A DNA stretch of 62,718 nt, counting the filler, from Stramenopiles sp. TOSAG23-3 (lineage: Eukaryota): NCBI GenBank assembly GCA_900128585.1. It is 14 parts of 14 records of this genome, joined end to end, with 100 filler letters (N's around TTAATTAATTAA, not from the genome) between each part and the next. Parts side by side here need not be neighbours in the genome. Positions count along the whole stretch, not along the records: positions 22,477 to 26,867 come from LT643846.1; positions 26,968 to 31,356 come from LT643847.1; positions 31,457 to 35,843 come from LT643848.1; 11 more parts are not named here. One strand, given 5' to 3'. The translations under genes were made by a program, and so were the position numbers. A model generated the notes under the pieces. That model was not told the DNA's origin and searched no databases. It was given only the letters and a program-made list of their open reading frames with translations. This document shows positions 22,673-33,874 of this stretch, piece by piece. Every line of letters starts with the position of its first letter. Position 1 is the first letter of the stretch.

Positions 22673-24448
22673 ATGAGGACACCGGCACGGAAGACAAAAC
22701 GCATCAGGCAACGGAAGGGGGGGGCTGTGGTTAAAAAGGTGACGACGAAGAAAGTGCCTTCTCGGGCAGCAAAAAAAGCGCCTTCTCGGGCAGCGAAGAA
22801 AGCGCCTTACCGGGTAGTGGCAAAGCGAAAACGTGCTATATTAGCAGCAGCAGCATCGTCGTCCGAGGAAGATAGTGAGAGCGAAAGTGACTCATCCACG
22901 GACGATTCGTCGTCGTCGGAAGAATCGTCTTCTGAGTCCGACTCCTCGTCTTCGGAGAGTGACGGGTCCGACAGCGAGAGAACCCCTCGAAGAAAAGCAA
23001 AATCGAGGGGTTCGAAGCTCTTCTCTTCGAAGGGCAAAAAGGCCGGGGACAAGTATTGCGTAAGGCATACCTCTCACGTCGTCACGGTGAAGCGCATGCT
23101 TTTGACGGACGCTTTGGCGCAGGGAAATACGAAAGGGTGGAGTGACGCGAGGATAAGGGCGTACCAACAGCGGGAGCGTAACCCGAACGCGTACTACTAC
23201 CGCTTCAACGACCCTGGGGAGCAGCAGGCCACGGGCTCGTGGAAGGAGGAGGAAGTGAAACGCTACATGGTCCGCGTGAAAGAGGTCGGGGTGGACGGAA
23301 AGTGGGGGATCTTCGCCATGGGAATCCCCGGCCGCGTTGGTTACCAGTGCTCGAACCTGTACCGAAAACTGATCGAAAAAGGGGTCATTGAAGACAAGAA
23401 CTACGTGCTGGACGAGAAAGGGAAGGCAAGGTATTTGAAAGAAAAGGGAAAGGCCAGCTCGGGGCAAAAAGGCGGAAGCCAAAGTCGGGGGGCCGTGCAC
23501 TCCATAAAAATCGTCGACGGCGTCCCTGTCAAATTTCACGTCGCCGTTCCAAAGGTAGTGAAACTGAGGAAGCCTGCGGTGGTGAAGAAATCCACGGGGA
23601 AGCACCACCATGGCCAATGGCTGTACAAGTCGGTTCTCGTCGACCACCGCTCCTACAAAGTGGGGGACAAGATATGGCTGACCCCGCTTTCGAAAGCTGC
23701 GCCGGAGGGCATAGACAACGAGAGCAAAAATGGCATGCCCGAGTTGAGGGAGAACATTCCCGCGGAAATTGAGCGAATCACACAGGTCCGAAACCCAAAG
23801 TACACGGAGCAGACGGGAACCGACGGAGCCGAAAGCAAGGGTGAGGCCGCAGCGCCCGAGAAGGTCGAACACCAACCGTGGCTCCCGATGGTACACTGCC
23901 GAAGAATGTACACTTTGAAGCAGTTAAAATCCATGGACGAGACGAAAGAGTGCGTTGAAGCCAGGGGGAAGAAACTGCAGTACGAAAAGGAAATATTTGA
24001 CTCGTTTGAAACCATAGAAGCCGACGCCCTTCGGATTGCCGGAAAATTCCAGTGCTCGTTTTCAAGAAAGATCAGCAAGGACAAAGATGCGTATTTTGGG
24101 CGGTATTTGGTTGCCCCCGAGGCTGGCACCATGCTCTACCGTGTCGGTTCCTTGGGCGACCCGCTAAGTTGCAGCGCCCTGAAAACACAAATTCGGCAAG
24201 TTCTGACCAAACGAAAAAGGGCAAAGCAGCGGGAGGAGTGGAAGATCTACGCCGCCGAGCAGAAAAGAATCAAGGCGCTCGAAATTGCCGCGTTTGAAGC
24301 GGCGGAAAAGGTGGAAAAAGCCAGCCGAAAGAAAGGGAAGAAGCGCAAGCATGCAGACACGGAAACGGGACAGCTGTCTTCCTACGAGTTGGAACGAAAG
24401 AAAAACATCAATCGGAACCAGGAATACCTAGCTCAGCTTGGGTTGTAA
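22673..24448 (+). CDS. Nuclear protein with Myb/SANT-like repeat and BAH-like domain
   Basis: W-x..WGIFAMGIPGRVGYQCSNLYR (Myb-like); YKSVLVDHRSYKVGDKIWL (BAH-like start); C-terminal LSSYELERKKNINRNQEYLAQLGL; NLS-like basic tracts. Confidence 0.7.
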   Translation: MRTPARKTKRIRQRKGGAVVKKVTTKKVPSRAAKKAPSRAAKKAPYRVVAKRKRAILAAAASSSEEDSESESDSSTDDSSSSEESSSESDSSSSESDGSDSERTPRRKAKSRGSKLFSSKGKKAGDKYCVRHTSHVVTVKRMLLTDALAQGNTKGWSDARIRAYQQRERNPNAYYYRFNDPGEQQATGSWKEEEVKRYMVRVKEVGVDGKWGIFAMGIPGRVGYQCSNLYRKLIEKGVIEDKNYVLDEKGKARYLKEKGKASSGQKGGSQSRGAVHSIKIVDGVPVKFHVAVPKVVKLRKPAVVKKSTGKHHHGQWLYKSVLVDHRSYKVGDKIWLTPLSKAAPEGIDNESKNGMPELRENIPAEIERITQVRNPKYTEQTGTDGAESKGEAAAPEKVEHQPWLPMVHCRRMYTLKQLKSMDETKECVEARGKKLQYEKEIFDSFETIEADALRIAGKFQCSFSRKISKDKDAYFGRYLVAPEAGTMLYRVGSLGDPLSCSALKTQIRQVLTKRKRAKQREEWKIYAAEQKRIKALEIAAFEAAEKVEKASRKKGKKRKHADTETGQLSSYELERKKNINRNQEYLAQLGL

Positions 24449-25118
24449 ATTAAATGTTTCTGTGCGTCTTGAATATTGGATCAAACAATTGGATGAGATT
24501 GCCCTGTCGTGCATATATTTCATCATTATCATATTGTTTTGTTGCCCCATCCATTTATTATTATATCATTCATTACAAAAATAATTTGTTCCAAAAAAAT
24601 TATTCTTCGCGGAAAAAAAAAAAAAAAAGGCAATTTACTATTTTTTATTTAATACAACATCATCATTCTTCATCACCTCACCTCCTCCCTCCTCAAACAG
24701 GTGTTCATTCTGAATATTATGGGTTCCAAATTTTTCTTCTTGAATGACCGTTATAATATTTTCAATCCCACTATTTACCTGTTATAATAAATTAAAATAA
24801 TATTCTCTACAATACTTTATTCAATACTGTGTTGATGTTATTTTTTTTATTAAATAAATAATAATATAATTGAGATACCAAACCATATTTTATCCATTCC
24901 AAGGTATTCGTTCAACAATCATATATATAAATCAATTGACAAACATAAAAAAGTCCACCTTGTATACGATATGAAAACAAGTGTGTATTTTTAGAAACAT
25001 TGTGATTGACCGATAGAAGAAGAAAGTTCTGCATCTTACTGTAGCTAGCGTTTTTTCGTTTTGGGGTTTCTTGCGGAAACACTTTTTTTCTCTTTCTTAC
25101 ACAGACGCTTCCAACAGA

Positions 25119-26720
25119 ATGTACAGACCAAAGTCGGCGCCCGCCTTGCGAAAAGTACATAATCCACGGAAAAAGACGACGGTAAACTTCTTGCTTGCCG
25201 GCAGCAAGAAGCGCGGGGGTGCGGGCGTGATAGATACCTTGATGCTTCCTCCACGGCCAACCTCAAATGAAAGAAGTGGGGCGCTGAAGAGCAGGAAACC
25301 GTTGACCCAATTGAGCCCACTCTCCAAAGGCGTGAGAGCGAATACAAACTTTACAGTGAACTCAAAGAAGAAGAAAAAGAAAACGGTGAAGGGGAAGGGG
25401 AAACGCGCAGTGAGGGCCAAACCGTCCCGACAGAAACGACCCGCGCAAAAAATTGCGCACAGCAGCAGTGCTAAACGTATCACACACTCGTATACTGCGC
25501 CAAACCTTCACGAAATAACGTCCAAATTTGGGCCCGGGAATAACTTTCGCTCCGACGCACTGCAGCTGGAAATCGCGTTCAAGGAGAAACTGCGGGCCTT
25601 CCAGCAACAGGAAAGCAACAACAGGTTTGGGCCCTCGCCGCAGCGTTTGGGGTACTACAGTCAAAAGTTTCGAACGATTGAGGAGTATTTTGATAAAATA
25701 TGTCAAGTAGACCAGTCTTACGGGAGAATTTTAAAAGTGATAAAGAAAGAGTACGACGAGCAGATACGGCAGGTGGGGCGCACGGAAAGTGACCTCAGTA
25801 TTGTCGACGAACTTCGAAGGGACATGAAGACCATGGCCGAAGCCTTGGAGGTGCAGAGGAGAAACGAGAAACAAAACGAATCGGTGGTTAAATCGTTAAT
25901 GAAGGAACTGAACGGGTACAAACAGAGGGAAATGCTCTCGATGCGGGGAGGCAGCCCGGCAATGAAGTCACCGGGAGAGTCGCCGTCTCCCGCGCCACCC
26001 ATTCCTCAGACTAGCTTCGTCAAGTCCACCTCGCCGTCCCTTCAGACGCCGAGCCCGTCGGAAAAGCCTGTTTACTATATATCGCCAACGGAGGTCAGCG
26101 AGCTAAAGGAGGAAATAAAGTTGTTGCGACAAGTAATCTCCGAGCAAAACCCTAGGGATGCAGAAATTCTCTGGGGTGGAACAAATTCTGATCGGAGCGA
26201 CCGGAGCGGCGGGGACGCTGCCACGCCATCGCCGATGCAGTCTGCGCCGGCAGCAAGTTCCGAGAAAGGCGATAAGCCTTCGAACGATCCTGTCGCACCG
26301 TCGGTCCCGGGAAAATTTTCTGCAGACAAAACATTGCGGCGGTCCAACAGTTGGGAGAATTTGGCAGATATAGAAGGGGGGAGATTGTTTAAAGGAACGC
26401 CTTTGGGCAACATCCCCGAGGAGAAAACGATAGCCTCCCTCGGGGTGGGTACACCCCTCGCGAACATTCCGGAAGAGGAATCGATTATTGATACGAGCAG
26501 GTCTTTGATCATGACGGACCGTTCCGTGCGCTCGGTTCTCTCCGACGCTTCGTCGATGGCTCTATCGCCGCGTCTATTTCTGGCAAAACAAGCGCGGCCA
26601 TTGGACGTTCCAAGTTTACAATTTTCAGGGCTGGCAGATTTGCCCCCGAGCGAGAGTGAAAGTGATTACGACGAAGACGCGAACTCTTCCATGTCTGGCA
26701 GCGTCTCGTCCGCAAAGTAA
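25119..26720 (+). CDS. Coiled-coil protein with TSNAXIP1_N-like segment
   Basis: FRTIEEYFDKICQVDQSYGRILKVIKKEYD resembles the translin-associated factor X-interacting N-terminal motif; long Ser/Pro-rich tail. Confidence 0.55.
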   Translation: MYRPKSAPALRKVHNPRKKTTVNFLLAGSKKRGGAGVIDTLMLPPRPTSNERSGALKSRKPLTQLSPLSKGVRANTNFTVNSKKKKKKTVKGKGKRAVRAKPSRQKRPAQKIAHSSSAKRITHSYTAPNLHEITSKFGPGNNFRSDALQLEIAFKEKLRAFQQQESNNRFGPSPQRLGYYSQKFRTIEEYFDKICQVDQSYGRILKVIKKEYDEQIRQVGRTESDLSIVDELRRDMKTMAEALEVQRRNEKQNESVVKSLMKELNGYKQREMLSMRGGSPAMKSPGESPSPAPPIPQTSFVKSTSPSLQTPSPSEKPVYYISPTEVSELKEEIKLLRQVISEQNPRDAEILWGGTNSDRSDRSGGDAATPSPMQSAPAASSEKGDKPSNDPVAPSVPGKFSADKTLRRSNSWENLADIEGGRLFKGTPLGNIPEEKTIASLGVGTPLANIPEEESIIDTSRSLIMTDRSVRSVLSDASSMALSPRLFLAKQARPLDVPSLQFSGLADLPPSESESDYDEDANSSMSGSVSSAK

Positions 26721-26967
26721 ACTTCTTGTGAAGAGAGAGGGGCGTTAAATTACATTTTTTCAACTTGTCAGCACGCACGCGATATTTAAAGGGTAAAAGA
26801 TTAAAGCGTAATAATTACACGCACACATTTCTTGCTTTTTCTAAAGTAGCCAACTTTTCAATTCGTGNNNNNNNNNNNNNNNNNNNNNNNNNNNNNNNNN
26901 NNNNNNNNNNNTTAATTAATTAANNNNNNNNNNNNNNNNNNNNNNNNNNNNNNNNNNNNNNNNNNNN

Positions 26968-27282
26968 GTTCAAGGAGTACTTTCCTTCTTGGCATCTCGA
27001 GAGGAATGGAAAGAGGGAGAAATGACCAACGTTCAAATGGCCAAGGCCTAAAACAAAGAGCAGGTTTGCACATCTTCCGATATCGTACGATGTCGACTTT
27101 TCATGCACATGGACGAGGATTTTCTTCGTGGTCAGTGCAACTTAACATGGGGGGATGCCCACCTGTTGATGAGAGAAATTGAATTAAGAAAAGGTCATGT
27201 TGTACATTGGCTACCTGAAGAGATACCTGAGAAGACTGCAAAGACTGGCAGTACCTCGCCCGCGACACCAACAGAGAGTTAA
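26968..27282 (+). pseudogene. Possible SAM-domain-like gene fragment with in-frame TAA
   Basis: VQGVLSFL...MAKA*NKEQV...LFMHMDEDFLRGQCNLTWGDAHLLMREIELRK; SAM-like helix pattern is a visual impression only. Confidence 0.25.
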
Positions 27283-27399
27283 AATTTTAATCAAAATTAT
27301 TCGTTCGCAGCCTTTTTCATTCTTCATTTGAGAGTCCAATAAATACAATATGATATTGGAATTTTGACCAGAGCTTGGGGAGGATCTTTTTGTTTATAA

Positions 27400-28004
27400 A
27401 ATAAACAAGAAAATTGGCTGTTAGTTAAGTAATTAAATTTAGCTTCCTCATAAAATAACAGCCAATTTTTTTTGTTTTTTAAATTTTATATATACACCTC
27501 TTCTAACGTTTTAAGACAAGAAAATTGGCTGTTTTATTTAAGTATAATTTAAAATTAATATGTACTGCGAACTGAACTCTAGATGTAGACATTCAAGGTT
27601 TACATTCCTTACTGCGAACTTATCTTTTCTCTTTTGATTTTTTTGGTTTTACTAATCGATATACCCTTGTCACTTATTATTGACTATTATTCTCAGGTTT
27701 ACTCCATACATAATCTGAATGGATAGATGGATCAGCATTGCTTTCAAATGACCCAAAGTCGACTTCCTCCGTCCAGTGTCTCATTCATAGGTGACTCATT
27801 CCCTGTGTGATTTTCATTGCAGCGGCGTAAATGTGTTAGAGGTGCTCGTTGTCTGCCTTGTAAATCGGTCAAGGGATTGTCATTTGTGAATTGGGATGTC
27901 GGGGGAGGGTCGTTCTGTGGCTCGTTGGAGTCTCGTCCTGTTGGCGATGGTCAGGTTCCCTTCTTCTGAGGAGTGTATCTCTGTGTCTTCGTCCAAGGAT
28001 GACG
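27400..28004. repeat. Dispersed repeat cluster: module A in alternating orientations (27405-27700) and module B on minus strand (~27705-28004)
   Basis: AAAATTGGCTGTTA...TAACAGCCAATTTT hairpin at ~27410-27470; reverse complement of 27705-28004 aligns to 48879-49190. Confidence 0.85.
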
Positions 28005-28563
28005 CTACCGAGAAAAGATTATATTAAAAAACTTTACTTTCGTGTTGTAAAAAAATAGAAACATTTTAGATGTTTTAGTGTACACTTCGTTAATGGAAAA
28101 TCTCGCCGGGCAAACTGTAATATATAATGAAAATCTCTCCCCAGCGGATTGAAAAAATAAAAAATATGGCATCAGCACTTGTGATATATGCGAAAAGTCT
28201 GATGCCACTCCGAATGAAACTCTGGACGAATAACGGAAGTGCAGCGCGGCGGGATCAAACACAAAAAACCGTTGATCGATGCCGCGGCACAAACCCCAGA
28301 ACAATACACTTGAAAATAAATATGAACAAAAGCACTTGTGTGAGACAGGCCAGAAACAAGAAACGCCGACGTAAAAATTACTCGCGTAAAACCAGTTTTG
28401 CTCTGTCACGGAAAAAAAAAGTGTGCTTCTGTTGCTGGTAGCCACGTGCTACCTGAAACCGGAAGTTCGATAAATTTCGAACGTTTGAACCACGCCGTGC
28501 TCGTCGCCTAAAAAATGGCGACAAAAGGAAAAAAACGAAAGCACGGGAGCATGGTCAAACTCT

Positions 28564-29217
28564 TTACATGTTTGGCACCAGAACGTTGTCTCTGGGAAAC
28601 GTCTCTTCGACAGACGCGGGCTCCGACAAGACTTTGCACCGGACCCGCAGTCGGAGCTGCTCTTGGACCCACTCTGGCTCCGCCGACGTGTTCCACAAAC
28701 TAAACAACTCCGGGACATTCCTTACCAAATATGGAAGGGTCCATGCGTTTCGACTGTCTTCTTCAACCGTCTTCTCGCTGTTGTGCATAACAGTAACAAG
28801 CTGGCCGCCAAACTCCATGTTGTATGCACGCCCGACAATATCACGGCTGGACACGGGTCCAAAAGTTCGACTGTCCACTAAATCATCCGACACGTCGCGG
28901 TCTGCCTCTAGCCAGTAGTCCCCCCGTCGCAATTTCATCTCTTTCGGGGGCTCACCATCATCGATCATATCAGTGCCTGGGCTGGCAACGACACGTAGAA
29001 GTCGCAATTGCTTTGACTTCGGGACGCGGGCAGCTACTACATCGCCAACGCGGTACGACAAGGACGGTTTTACAGTAACCCTGCAGTTGGAAGGAATGCG
29101 GGGGGCCATCGACCTGCTCTTGTGCCTAACAGTTTTGATTTTAGTCGAACTATTGTAAAGAATTTCACCAATCAAATCCAAACGTTTACTTTGGTGTTGC
29201 GCCCAACGGAAAAACAT
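28564..29217 (-). CDS. Peptidase S26 / mitochondrial inner-membrane protease (IMP)-like protein, divergent
   Basis: SMAP, GDVV, YWLEAD, DSRTFGPV...IVGRA motifs. Confidence 0.8.
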   Translation of the reverse strand: MFFRWAQHQSKRLDLIGEILYNSSTKIKTVRHKSRSMAPRIPSNCRVTVKPSLSYRVGDVVAARVPKSKQLRLLRVVASPGTDMIDDGEPPKEMKLRRGDYWLEADRDVSDDLVDSRTFGPVSSRDIVGRAYNMEFGGQLVTVMHNSEKTVEEDSRNAWTLPYLVRNVPELFSLWNTSAEPEWVQEQLRLRVRCKVLSEPASVEETFPRDNVLVPNM

Positions 29218-30662
29218 TGTTGGGGACAAACGGAAAAGGAAAATAAAACGGCTTCAAGCGAACCAGATCACGCTGAAGACTTAAAGGTATCACTTCAAGG
29301 TGTCGCACACTATGTAGATGCGCGAGCTCCAAGGGCCTAGAGACGAACAGACTCTAGGTAAACAATGTGCGAGTATAATTGAATTCTTGTTCAATATAAA
29401 CTTGTTTGTTCTGTTTTAACTGAACCGCTTATCGATCAACTGTCGGCTCAATTTTTCTTTACGTGTCGGTGAACGCATCGATACCTGTCACTCCTAAACT
29501 TGTCTTTTTGAGTGACATTTTAGAGTGTTTTTATTTTAAACAGTTTTTTTAATACCTATTTAATTGCATACTTAAAATAAATAAAGTATACATAAGTTGG
29601 AGATTCTGAGGGATGTTCTTTCCAGTTAGAATATTCTGAGCTGAAAAGAATAGATGTTGTTCATGTAAATCATATCAACTAAATATTTAATACTATTTAT
29701 ATATAATTATCTATATAATAAATTTGTTGTAGTAAAGGTTTTTAAAAAAATGAAGGAAGAACTTTCTTTTTTCTCTTTTTTAGAGAATTGGTGGAGTTAA
29801 TTTAAATTTAATGCTGTGTAATGTTATTAAATTATTAAAACAAACAACAGAACTTTACAGTACTGACTGACGTCTTTGCTATTCAGGCTATTTTAAAAGT
29901 TGTTGGTTGGCTGAAGACTAATTGTTCCATAAAATAAATTAATGTATCAGTGCTATTTCTATGTATATATTTTTTATAAAATTACCATTGGATTGTTTAC
30001 GAAAAGTTATAGCTGTTACCAGTAAGTAGTAAATTCTTCAGACCTTTCTTGATGCTGTGTCGATATTTATTTTTTCTCTTTTCTTTTCTTTTCTTCTTTC
30101 TGGCTGTTTCTTGTAAAGATTCATTCACTGGAATATAAAGAAAGAACATATAAATAAGGTCATTTGAAACCATTCCATATATTGATACAGTAACTATATA
30201 GTTACCGAAGGGGGCGTTCGCATTATTCTTGATAGAAATTACAGTATATTAAAGAAATATAATTAAATAAAATAAAATATATATCCTTAACTTATGAAGA
30301 TTCCTTTCTCTACCTGCAACTTCATGGCAAGGAAGTTGAAACAAAGAAAAAGAATCCATCTTCAAGTACTATGTTTGGGGAAAGTACATTGATACAGTTA
30401 TAACTTTATGGATATCTAATGAGAATAATTTAATATATATTTAATACCCAAATGATTAAAATTATGATATGGTTGGGGGTAATACTTATGCACAACGGAC
30501 AGATGTAATTATATAGGTATAATTATAAATACAGTACTATAAATGAATATTATTTATAAACTTTAATTTTTAAAGAATACATGAAAATATACTATAATTG
30601 CTATATAATTAAAAAACTGTTAAATTCGACCGTTTCTTTCTTTCTTTTAAAAAAAATGATTA

Positions 30663-31356
30663 AAAAAAAAAATTAAAAAAAATGAAGACTTCTTTTAATT
30701 TCTTCTTTTTTCGATTGCAGCAGCAGCAGCTTCACACCAGTGGTCCGTCGTCGTCGGGTTATATTAACATTTTAATAAATAATAAAACCATGTTTCGTCG
30801 TCTTTCTTTTGCACATTTGTTTACTTGATTGAACGACGAGAGAAAGTAAATGTTTATAACGATCAATTATCTACTCTTTTCCAATTCTCTCTCTTTCTCT
30901 TTCGTTGAGTTTTCATTACGAAGCTATTTCTTAATATACCTGGACTACTTTATTTCAGCGAAACAGCAGACAACGTGTTTTAAGACTGCGACAGTCTTGC
31001 CAGAACCGAACGGACAGACAGCAGTGAAGGGAAGTGAATAAGATGCCACCTGTAAGTACCCACTTGAATTTCCCTTCTATACATTGGTTGAAATGCAGTT
31101 TGATAGACTTGCAGACCTGACATTTTCAATGGAACCACCGTTGCACCTTTCCCCCCTTTCTTTCTACGTTTGTGTGTGAACCTTCATCTCGTCTTCGATC
31201 CTTTTTTATTTTTTGTAGAAAAAGAAAGATAAACAATCGAACGCCAAGGCACGTTACCCCCCCCCCCCTTCTTCGCAACTGGTGTGAAGCTGCTGCTGCT
31301 GCAATCGAAAAAAGAAGAAATTAAAAGAAGTCTTCATTTTTTTTAATTTTTTTTTT
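30663..31356. repeat. 79-bp perfect inverted repeat (30663-30741 / 31278-31356) ending at contig edge
   Basis: ...TCGATTGCAGCAGCAGCAGCTTCACACCAGT vs ACTGGTGTGAAGCTGCTGCTGCTGCAATCGA... Confidence 0.9.
31043..31260 (+). CDS. Possible 5' end of a spliced gene (MPP|KKKDKQSNAK...), intron 31052-31218, cut off by the inverted duplication
   Basis: ATG CCA CCT|GTAAGT ... TTTTTTGTAG|AAA AAG AAA GAT; in-frame MPPKKK start. Confidence 0.4.
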
Positions 31357-31456
31357 NNNNNNNNNNNNNNNNNNNNNNNNNNNNNNNNNNNNNNNNNNNN
31401 TTAATTAATTAANNNNNNNNNNNNNNNNNNNNNNNNNNNNNNNNNNNNNNNNNNNN

Positions 31457-31457
31457 A

Positions 31458-31532
<75 letters not shown>
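31457..31532 (+). repeat. (AAAG)n microsatellite at contig start; similar tracts at 17985-18043 (TTTC)n and 53868-54065
   Basis: Direct inspection. Confidence 0.95.
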
Positions 31533-31533
<1 letters not shown>

Positions 31534-31861
31534 GGTTAGGGTTTCATACCGTTATCCCTATATACACATATCCTTAATAATTATGGCTTATTTTGTCTCT
31601 CCAGCCTCCAGCCCTAATAATTAAAAAGTCTTCTTTCTCTTCTTCATCTTTCTTCTTCTTCTTCTGAGAATGATGGTGTTCCGTTTTTCATAGAAATTTA
31701 CAATTTATGAATACTTCAATATATACAGTAAAGAATTCCTGTTTCTGGAAATGTATGTTGTGTGTGCGCGTGTCTGTTGAAACGGTTGAATGTGTGTGTG
31801 AGAGTGAAAGTTAGTGGTTAGTTTGGTTTTCTGCTCTTGTTTTTTTTAACGCTTGGGAAGA

Positions 31862-32845
31862 ATGTTTGGATCACGGATAATTACGACGTTGACTGGGCTT
31901 CGGCGTGGGGCGACTACTTTGGTTCGTCCAACCCCTTCTCGGTTCGAAGGTAGGGGTAAAAACGCGGCCATCGCCGTCGTCTTCCGCTCCCCGCTGTCGA
32001 CCGGGCATTCCTCAAACTCGGAAGTGGAGAAAAAAATTGCGTATTTGAACCGGGAAATACAACAACTGTACGGAGACCACCAGTTTGAGACCGCCATAGG
32101 GCGTGCGGAGGAGCTGAAGGAGACGGCGCAAGAGCACTACGGACAGTCGCACCCAGTGTACGCGTCCGCGCTGAACAACTTGGGACTGTTGAACAAGAGT
32201 TTGGGAAATTACGACAAGGCGATCGAACTCTACAGCAACAGTGTCATTCACTACCAAGACTCCGTAGGGAAAGAGCACCCGTCCACGGCGACAGCCATCC
32301 ACAACGTGGGGTTGACGTTCAAAGACATGGCGGCGCAGCACACCGGATTGGTGAAGTTAGACTTGCTTGAAAAGGCAAAAGACGTTTTGCAAGAGTGCCT
32401 GGACCTGCGAAAGGAAGTTTTGGACACGGGCCACCATGACGTGGCAACGACCATGTCGGCGCTTGCGCTGGTAAAAAATAGTCTGAAAGAAGAGGATGAA
32501 GCCGTGGAGATGATGACCGAAGCGGTGTTGGTGCTGAAAGACCAGGAAGCCCAGGGTGGACGGAAAAACGTGGCGAAGGCCGTGACAACCGGCACGATGG
32601 TGAACAACCTGGGCTATCTGCTGAAGCAGCAGGGAAAGTTTGTCGAATCTAAAGTGGCGTACGAGGAAGCTCTCGAAAGAAGGCGTGAACTCTACCACGA
32701 AGACCACCCGAACGTCCTTATCACCATGCAGAATTTGTCAGAATTAGAGAGGGCGATGGGGAACGAAGACGCCGCCGTTGCCCTGCAGCAAGAAATCCTC
32801 GACATACTAGGGGCGGAAGACGGGAAGGGCGGTGCAGAGAATTGA
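31862..32845 (+). CDS. TPR protein (kinesin-light-chain-type TPRs) with mitochondrial-like presequence
   Basis: HPVYASALNNLG, HPSTATAIHNVG, HPNVLITMQNL repeats; Arg/Thr-rich N-terminus. Confidence 0.85.
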   Translation: MFGSRIITTLTGLRRGATTLVRPTPSRFEGRGKNAAIAVVFRSPLSTGHSSNSEVEKKIAYLNREIQQLYGDHQFETAIGRAEELKETAQEHYGQSHPVYASALNNLGLLNKSLGNYDKAIELYSNSVIHYQDSVGKEHPSTATAIHNVGLTFKDMAAQHTGLVKLDLLEKAKDVLQECLDLRKEVLDTGHHDVATTMSALALVKNSLKEEDEAVEMMTEAVLVLKDQEAQGGRKNVAKAVTTGTMVNNLGYLLKQQGKFVESKVAYEEALERRRELYHEDHPNVLITMQNLSELERAMGNEDAAVALQQEILDILGAEDGKGGAEN

Positions 32846-33006
32846 GGGTGAGATTAAACGCCGGGGGAGGAGGATAATAAAGTTAAACATACCGCATAAA
32901 TTGAACAACTTTTTTTGCAAAAGACGGTAAATACACAAAAATGTGCAAAAATGAGAATTTACCCCAGTTTTATTCAGCCTGGTTTCATACAGAAAGTTTC
33001 ACCGTG

Positions 33007-33696
33007 TCACACCGCCGAACTGTACCGGCCATAATCAAAAATCGAGTACTCCGCATTGACACACTTTGGGAACGCACTAGTTTCCTGCCCTTCCTCCCCA
33101 CCGGTTAGCTCCCGATGCACCCACAAGCCGGGCTCGAATTTATATACAAACGTGAACAGCCGGAACCCATGGGTTTGCCATTCTTGGTGCAAAAACTGAT
33201 TCAACTGCTTCAACGCGCTCGGGATCAAATACACAATCACGACAGAAGCGAGCGAAAAGTCTGTGTCGCGGACATCCTGGCACCGCCAATCTATCGTGGT
33301 GTCGTCTATTTCCATGCTTGCTGCCTTTGACTTGGCGTACTTTACCAGCTCCGGGTCTATTTCCACCCCAACACACTTGCACTTCACTTTTTTTGCAATT
33401 GCATGCAGTATGCGCCCGTCGCCACTCCCTAGGTCAAAAACAACAAGATTATCCTGCTCCCCCGCGAGACACGTCTCGAGGAAAGCGCTTATCCTCCCCT
33501 CTGAAGTCGGTACAAACGGACAAATAAACCCGGCGGGCAATTTCTCAACAGGAGACGCAACGGCCTGGTCAGCGCTGTCTGTCCCCGCACTCGGCTTGAC
33601 TTCAACAAAGTTACCATCTTCGTCCTCCTCCACCAGGGTTAAGAAACCACCAGAGCTCAAGAAAGAATCCACCAACCCTTCGTCTTCCGAATTCAT
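33007..33696 (-). CDS. Class I SAM-dependent methyltransferase (FAM173-like)
   Basis: PFVPT, VFDLGSGDGRI, GVEID, ASVVIVYL motifs. Confidence 0.85.
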   Translation of the reverse strand: MNSEDEGLVDSFLSSGGFLTLVEEDEDGNFVEVKPSAGTDSADQAVASPVEKLPAGFICPFVPTSEGRISAFLETCLAGEQDNLVVFDLGSGDGRILHAIAKKVKCKCVGVEIDPELVKYAKSKAASMEIDDTTIDWRCQDVRDTDFSLASVVIVYLIPSALKQLNQFLHQEWQTHGFRLFTFVYKFEPGLWVHRELTGGEEGQETSAFPKCVNAEYSIFDYGRYSSAV

Positions 33697-33874
33697 CCTA
33701 GATTCCTATCCCCTCTTCGCGGGGTTTTGAACGGGACGGCAGAGGGGGCTGGTATACATGCGTGTTACTACAATGTTTAGTTTTCAGTCGGGAGAAAAGA
33801 ACTTTAATCGTTTTTCCCTTTAACAATTTCAATTTTTAAAAGTATCGGTACGGCCGTACGGTAGTGTGCGCGCA

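Noticed and set aside
28093-28500. Possible decayed ORF with CDIC motif
   Set aside because: Multiple stops and no recognisable family; cannot be supported.
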